DNA of 64,000 nucleotides from the IMG/VR virus record IMGVR_UViG_3300047160_014545, positions 1-64,000 of that record. One strand, 5' to 3'. The position numbers and the translations under genes are program-made. Positions 60,940 through 64,000 of this stretch are shown here, one piece after another (positions within the stretch are counted from its first letter, which is position 1; each line of letters starts with the position of its first letter). The notes beneath the pieces are model-generated. The model made no database searches, had not been told where the DNA came from, and saw only the letters and a program-made list of their open reading frames with translations. Source of the stretch: a virus (Duplodnaviria > Caudoviricetes).

Positions 60940-62556
60940 TTAACCAAGCACCCGCGCCTCCGCAGCATCGAAGAATTTCTTGTCGATCTCGATGCCGATG
61001 GCCCGCCGCCCGTTTTTCTTGGCTACTGCCGGCACAGTCCCAACACCCATGAACGGATCTAACACCAACTCACCAGGAATCGTGATCAAATCGATAAGGT
61101 ATGCCACAACCGCTTGCGGCTTCTGAGTCGGATGGAGCGGATTGCCCTTCTGATCGACGATACGCTCCTTTCCCTGACAAATCGGGAATCGCTGATAATT
61201 CAACCCCGCTCCATCTGCATCACCGGGATAGTTGAATGTGCGCACGCCACCAGGCTTGGAGAACTGGATCGCGTAGTCCATCGCCGGCATGAAGTCCGCC
61301 TTCGTTACACTTGGCCCAGGATTGGAACGGCACCAAAAGAACGTCTGGCGGATTTCAAATCCTGCCGCATCAAACAACGACTGAGCGACATTAAGCCAGC
61401 GCTCACCGACAAACATGAACCCGGTGCCGCCAGGTTTCAGAATCCTAAAAAACTCCGCGGCCCAATCCGCCATTGCAGCAACGAAATCACCCGCCTCGTG
61501 ATTGTCCCAGTCACCGAAATTCTTGTTCCAGTCAGGCTGAGTGCTTAGCGTAAAGATACGATCATCACTGATATTGTATGGCGGGTCGGTGACAATAGCG
61601 TCGATGGCACCATCGCCAATTTTGGCTAGTTCATCCAGTGCGTCACCAAGGTGCAGCTGGACGCTGTAGCGCTTGGCCACCTTGTCGCGGGTAGCTTCGA
61701 GCAGCTTCTCCAGCTTTGGCCCCGGCCCTTTCTTGTCGAGCCACTCGTCGTCGTAGATCCCCTTATGCACCTGCTCGAAGGCCTCATCGATGATATCTTC
61801 GTCGACTTCCCCAAGCTGCCGTTTCAGCCAGCATTCCATCGCGGCCTGTGCATGATAGGAATCGGCCAAGCGCGAAAATTGCTTCTTGGTGAAGCGACGG
61901 TCGTTATCGTCTTTGCCGGCAGCGAGCCACTTCACCAGTTCGATCTGCAGACGCGGATTGAGCGCAATCGCGTCCGCGTCTTTCTTACCGAGCACGTCCC
62001 ACTTGCGCGGCAGAAGCGCGCGGAGCAGGCCTTCCGTAAACATTGCCACAGGTGTGGCAATCTCTGCCACAACGCCCTGATCTCGTGGCAATCCGTTTTC
62101 TCGAACCGTTGTGGCAACAATATTCCAAGCTACAAGTGCTATCTTTTGGAGCAGGGCGTAGTTGCTGACGTCGCTCCGGCTCCATCCGAGCTCGCCGGCG
62201 ACGGCCTGCTGCGTCTTGCCCTCGCCAAGCATCTGCCAGATCAGTTCCGCGTAGCAGCAGAATGTCATCGGCAGCGCGTCTTCACTGGCGATGTTCAGAT
62301 CAATCGCCGCTTTCGTAAGAGAACCATTCGGCGGCGGGCCGACGTCCATATACGCCTCGGTGTGCCCGAGCCGCTTCAAGGCCTCGTACTTGTGGTTGCC
62401 GCCATAAAGGATGCCATCGGCGGTGACAGCCAACGGATACTGGCGGAGCAATCCGAGCGTCTCGATCTTGTGGATCAGGCGCTCGATGTGGCGCTCGTTG
62501 AGCGGGCGGACGACGTGAATGCTCTCGATCGTCGAGAGCGGGAGTAACTCGGTCAT
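60940..62556 (-). CDS. ParB-HTH-DNA methyltransferase (beta class, N6-A/N4-C) fusion
   Basis: N-terminal ParB (YPLAV...LYGGNHKYEA.KRLG), HTH (TQQAVA.ELGWSRS.VSNY), DAIVTDPPY, HPTQKP...LI...T.PG.LVLDPFMG.GT. Confidence 0.88.
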   Translation of the reverse strand: MTELLPLSTIESIHVVRPLNERHIERLIHKIETLGLLRQYPLAVTADGILYGGNHKYEALKRLGHTEAYMDVGPPPNGSLTKAAIDLNIASEDALPMTFCCYAELIWQMLGEGKTQQAVAGELGWSRSDVSNYALLQKIALVAWNIVATTVRENGLPRDQGVVAEIATPVAMFTEGLLRALLPRKWDVLGKKDADAIALNPRLQIELVKWLAAGKDDNDRRFTKKQFSRLADSYHAQAAMECWLKRQLGEVDEDIIDEAFEQVHKGIYDDEWLDKKGPGPKLEKLLEATRDKVAKRYSVQLHLGDALDELAKIGDGAIDAIVTDPPYNISDDRIFTLSTQPDWNKNFGDWDNHEAGDFVAAMADWAAEFFRILKPGGTGFMFVGERWLNVAQSLFDAAGFEIRQTFFWCRSNPGPSVTKADFMPAMDYAIQFSKPGGVRTFNYPGDADGAGLNYQRFPICQGKERIVDQKGNPLHPTQKPQAVVAYLIDLITIPGELVLDPFMGVGTVPAVAKKNGRRAIGIEIDKKFFDAAEARVLG

Positions 62557-62711
62557 ATCAGGCCCTCTTCGTCTCCGGCTTGGCGGTCCCGGAATTGGAT
62601 TACAGGAGCAGCTTACGCTGCGCCGGAAACGAAGAGGATTCCACGTTTCCAATTCTGTGCTGCCTCTCTCCGGCACCTCGGGTCAAGCTTCGCTTTTCGG
62701 CGCCGCCGGCT

Positions 62712-62876
62712 TTATCCCGACGAGCCCAATTCCAATTCCTCGTCAAACGCCTCGGCGTAGAAATCCGTCAGTGATTTCGGCCGGACGCGCTGCTTTTCCT
62801 CCCGAATATATTCCTGCCAGCGCTCAAAGCCGCGCAGAATCAGCTGGTGACCGAGGGTTGGCTTGGGCTTATTCAT
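62712..62876 (-). CDS. Hypothetical protein
   Basis: ATGA-coupled 54-aa ORF. Confidence 0.4.
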   Translation of the reverse strand: MNKPKPTLGHQLILRGFERWQEYIREEKQRVRPKSLTDFYAEAFDEELELGSSG

Positions 62877-63229
62877 CGCCGCGCCCCAATCTCTCGCGCT
62901 ATTGACTCGGCGCACAGATCTCCGTCCCGCCCAAATGGGCCAAGAGTTCGCCCGTCATCTGGGCTGCCCATCGAGCGGGCAATTTTGAGGCATTCTTCGC
63001 GCTCGCTTTTTACGCCGAGCGCATGAGCGTCTATGGCGCTCGTCAGGCGTGCGTGGGCGAGCGCATCCAAAACTATTGCTTCAGCCCCGGCGCAACCCGG
63101 ATACGCCTCTAGGATACGAGCCACAGCCTGCCTATCAAACGGCTCCCACTGCGTCCGATAAGCAACCTCTTGTTCCCCGCTCTGGTCCTGGTCGAGCGCG
63201 CCCAACTGTTCTGCATCATCAGCCATCAT
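62873..63229 (-). CDS. Hypothetical protein
   Basis: GGGAGGG RBS; ERE.CLKIA motif. Confidence 0.5.
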   Translation of the reverse strand: MMADDAEQLGALDQDQSGEQEVAYRTQWEPFDRQAVARILEAYPGCAGAEAIVLDALAHARLTSAIDAHALGVKSEREECLKIARSMGSPDDGRTLGPFGRDGDLCAESIAREIGARR

Positions 63230-63705
63230 TTCCCTCCCGATTCGGGTCCGATAAGCTCCGCGTTCCAGCCCTGTTTGGTCCGCCACACCCAAATATATTT
63301 ATCTCCGCTTTTCGCGGTGCCGCCACATCTTTTTCCAATATTCTGATGTTGTGGAAATCCTTTCTGTGCATGCCAGGAAAAGACAGAAACCAATAATGCT
63401 CGCGCCTCATCGTAATTCCTGCATCCCTGCAGGGTTATCGTTCCTATTCCTATATAAGCATGATCTTCAAAATCATTCCGACCTCCGGATCGATAGGTCT
63501 TAACCCCATCTTCGTTGGCGACCGCGAGTGAATTGCACACCGCATTCTCGGCATCGGCATCATTATGGGAGCGGACATAAGCCACTATCAGTGCGGCCCA
63601 ATCTCGATAGCTTTTGCACCCAAGCACTCCCGAGAAGCGCCAAGGTTCATCACAATGCTTTAAGCGTTTTTTCAGCATTCTTCTTTCTCCAAAAACCATA
63701 GTCAC
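63226..63705 (-). CDS. Hypothetical protein
   Basis: 159-aa ORF, ATGA-coupled downstream. Confidence 0.45.
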   Translation of the reverse strand: MTMVFGERRMLKKRLKHCDEPWRFSGVLGCKSYRDWAALIVAYVRSHNDADAENAVCNSLAVANEDGVKTYRSGGRNDFEDHAYIGIGTITLQGCRNYDEARALLVSVFSWHAQKGFPQHQNIGKRCGGTAKSGDKYIWVWRTKQGWNAELIGPESGGK

Positions 63706-64000
63706 ACCTCTAGCCCTTTCTGTCCCCGGATGTAGGAAGGGATACTCTAGCTGTACCCCCTTACCAGCACCTCGAGTGGCTCTTGTCCTTTGAGCCAGGT
63801 AGCCACCATGAAGGAGCTACCGACATACTAGGGCCCCCCGGAGCCGTTGAGCTCCCCCGAATCGTAATTCGGTCATCCTGGGCCATTTTGAGCGGGTTGG
63901 CCCCTATGCGAGTTTCGGACTCTGGCCCGCATAGCCGTTAACCCGTTTGTCCAACTCCGAGGTGAGTGCTCGAAGCCATCCATTGTGCCGGGGCGTCAAA

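Noticed and set aside
63710-64000. Possible ncRNA or replication origin in the ORF-free right end
   Set aside because: Only short GC hairpins are seen, with no iterons, DnaA boxes or recognisable RNA family; context is truncated by the window edge.
1-64000. tRNA genes, integrase/att site, diversity-generating retroelement, introns/inteins
   Set aside because: No cloverleaf or T-loop context, no recombinase or reverse transcriptase motifs, no TR/VR pair, and terL, portal and capsid have normal uninterrupted lengths. A tRNAscan or Infernal run would be needed to exclude RNA genes formally.

Overview
This window is a ~64 kb piece of a GC-rich (about 60% by eye) tailed-phage genome, probably a myovirus of an alphaproteobacterial host; the host is inferred from promoter style and gene families. 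Almost all genes are on the minus strand. Read right to left: (i) 64.0-57.6 kb, a ParB-HTH-DNA methyltransferase fusion, a PD-(D/E)xK-like nuclease, SSB and small genes; (ii) 57.7-52.5 kb, a kinase-like plus ADP-ribosyltransferase effector followed by an IbrA/IbrB/ParB/GNAT cluster; (iii) 52.6-40.8 kb, divergent sigma70-type promoters, many small early genes, and a 30-aa peptide coupled to a DUF6065-like gene; (iv) 40.3 kb to the left edge, the morphogenesis operon: terS, terL, DUF1073-type portal, MuF-like protein, DUF2213-type protease, scaffold, DUF2184-type capsid, neck, DUF3383-type sheath, tube, chaperone with a -1 slippery site, tape measure and baseplate genes. That operon is heavily interrupted by a GH25 endolysin, a zincin, three GPT-rich collagen-like proteins, an 1124-aa Ser/Thr repeat fibre, two glycosyltransferases, two small-molecule methyltransferases and several unannotated membrane micro-ORFs. 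No integrase, replicative polymerase, tRNA, CRISPR array or reverse transcriptase was recognised. Best candidates for undescribed systems: a virion glycosylation/decoration island, a His-motif/xxD-tagged capsid-cargo effector set, a peptide plus DUF6065 RiPP-like cassette, and a PAPS-reductase/ParB/GNAT modification operon. All family names come from motif recognition and memory, not from database searches.
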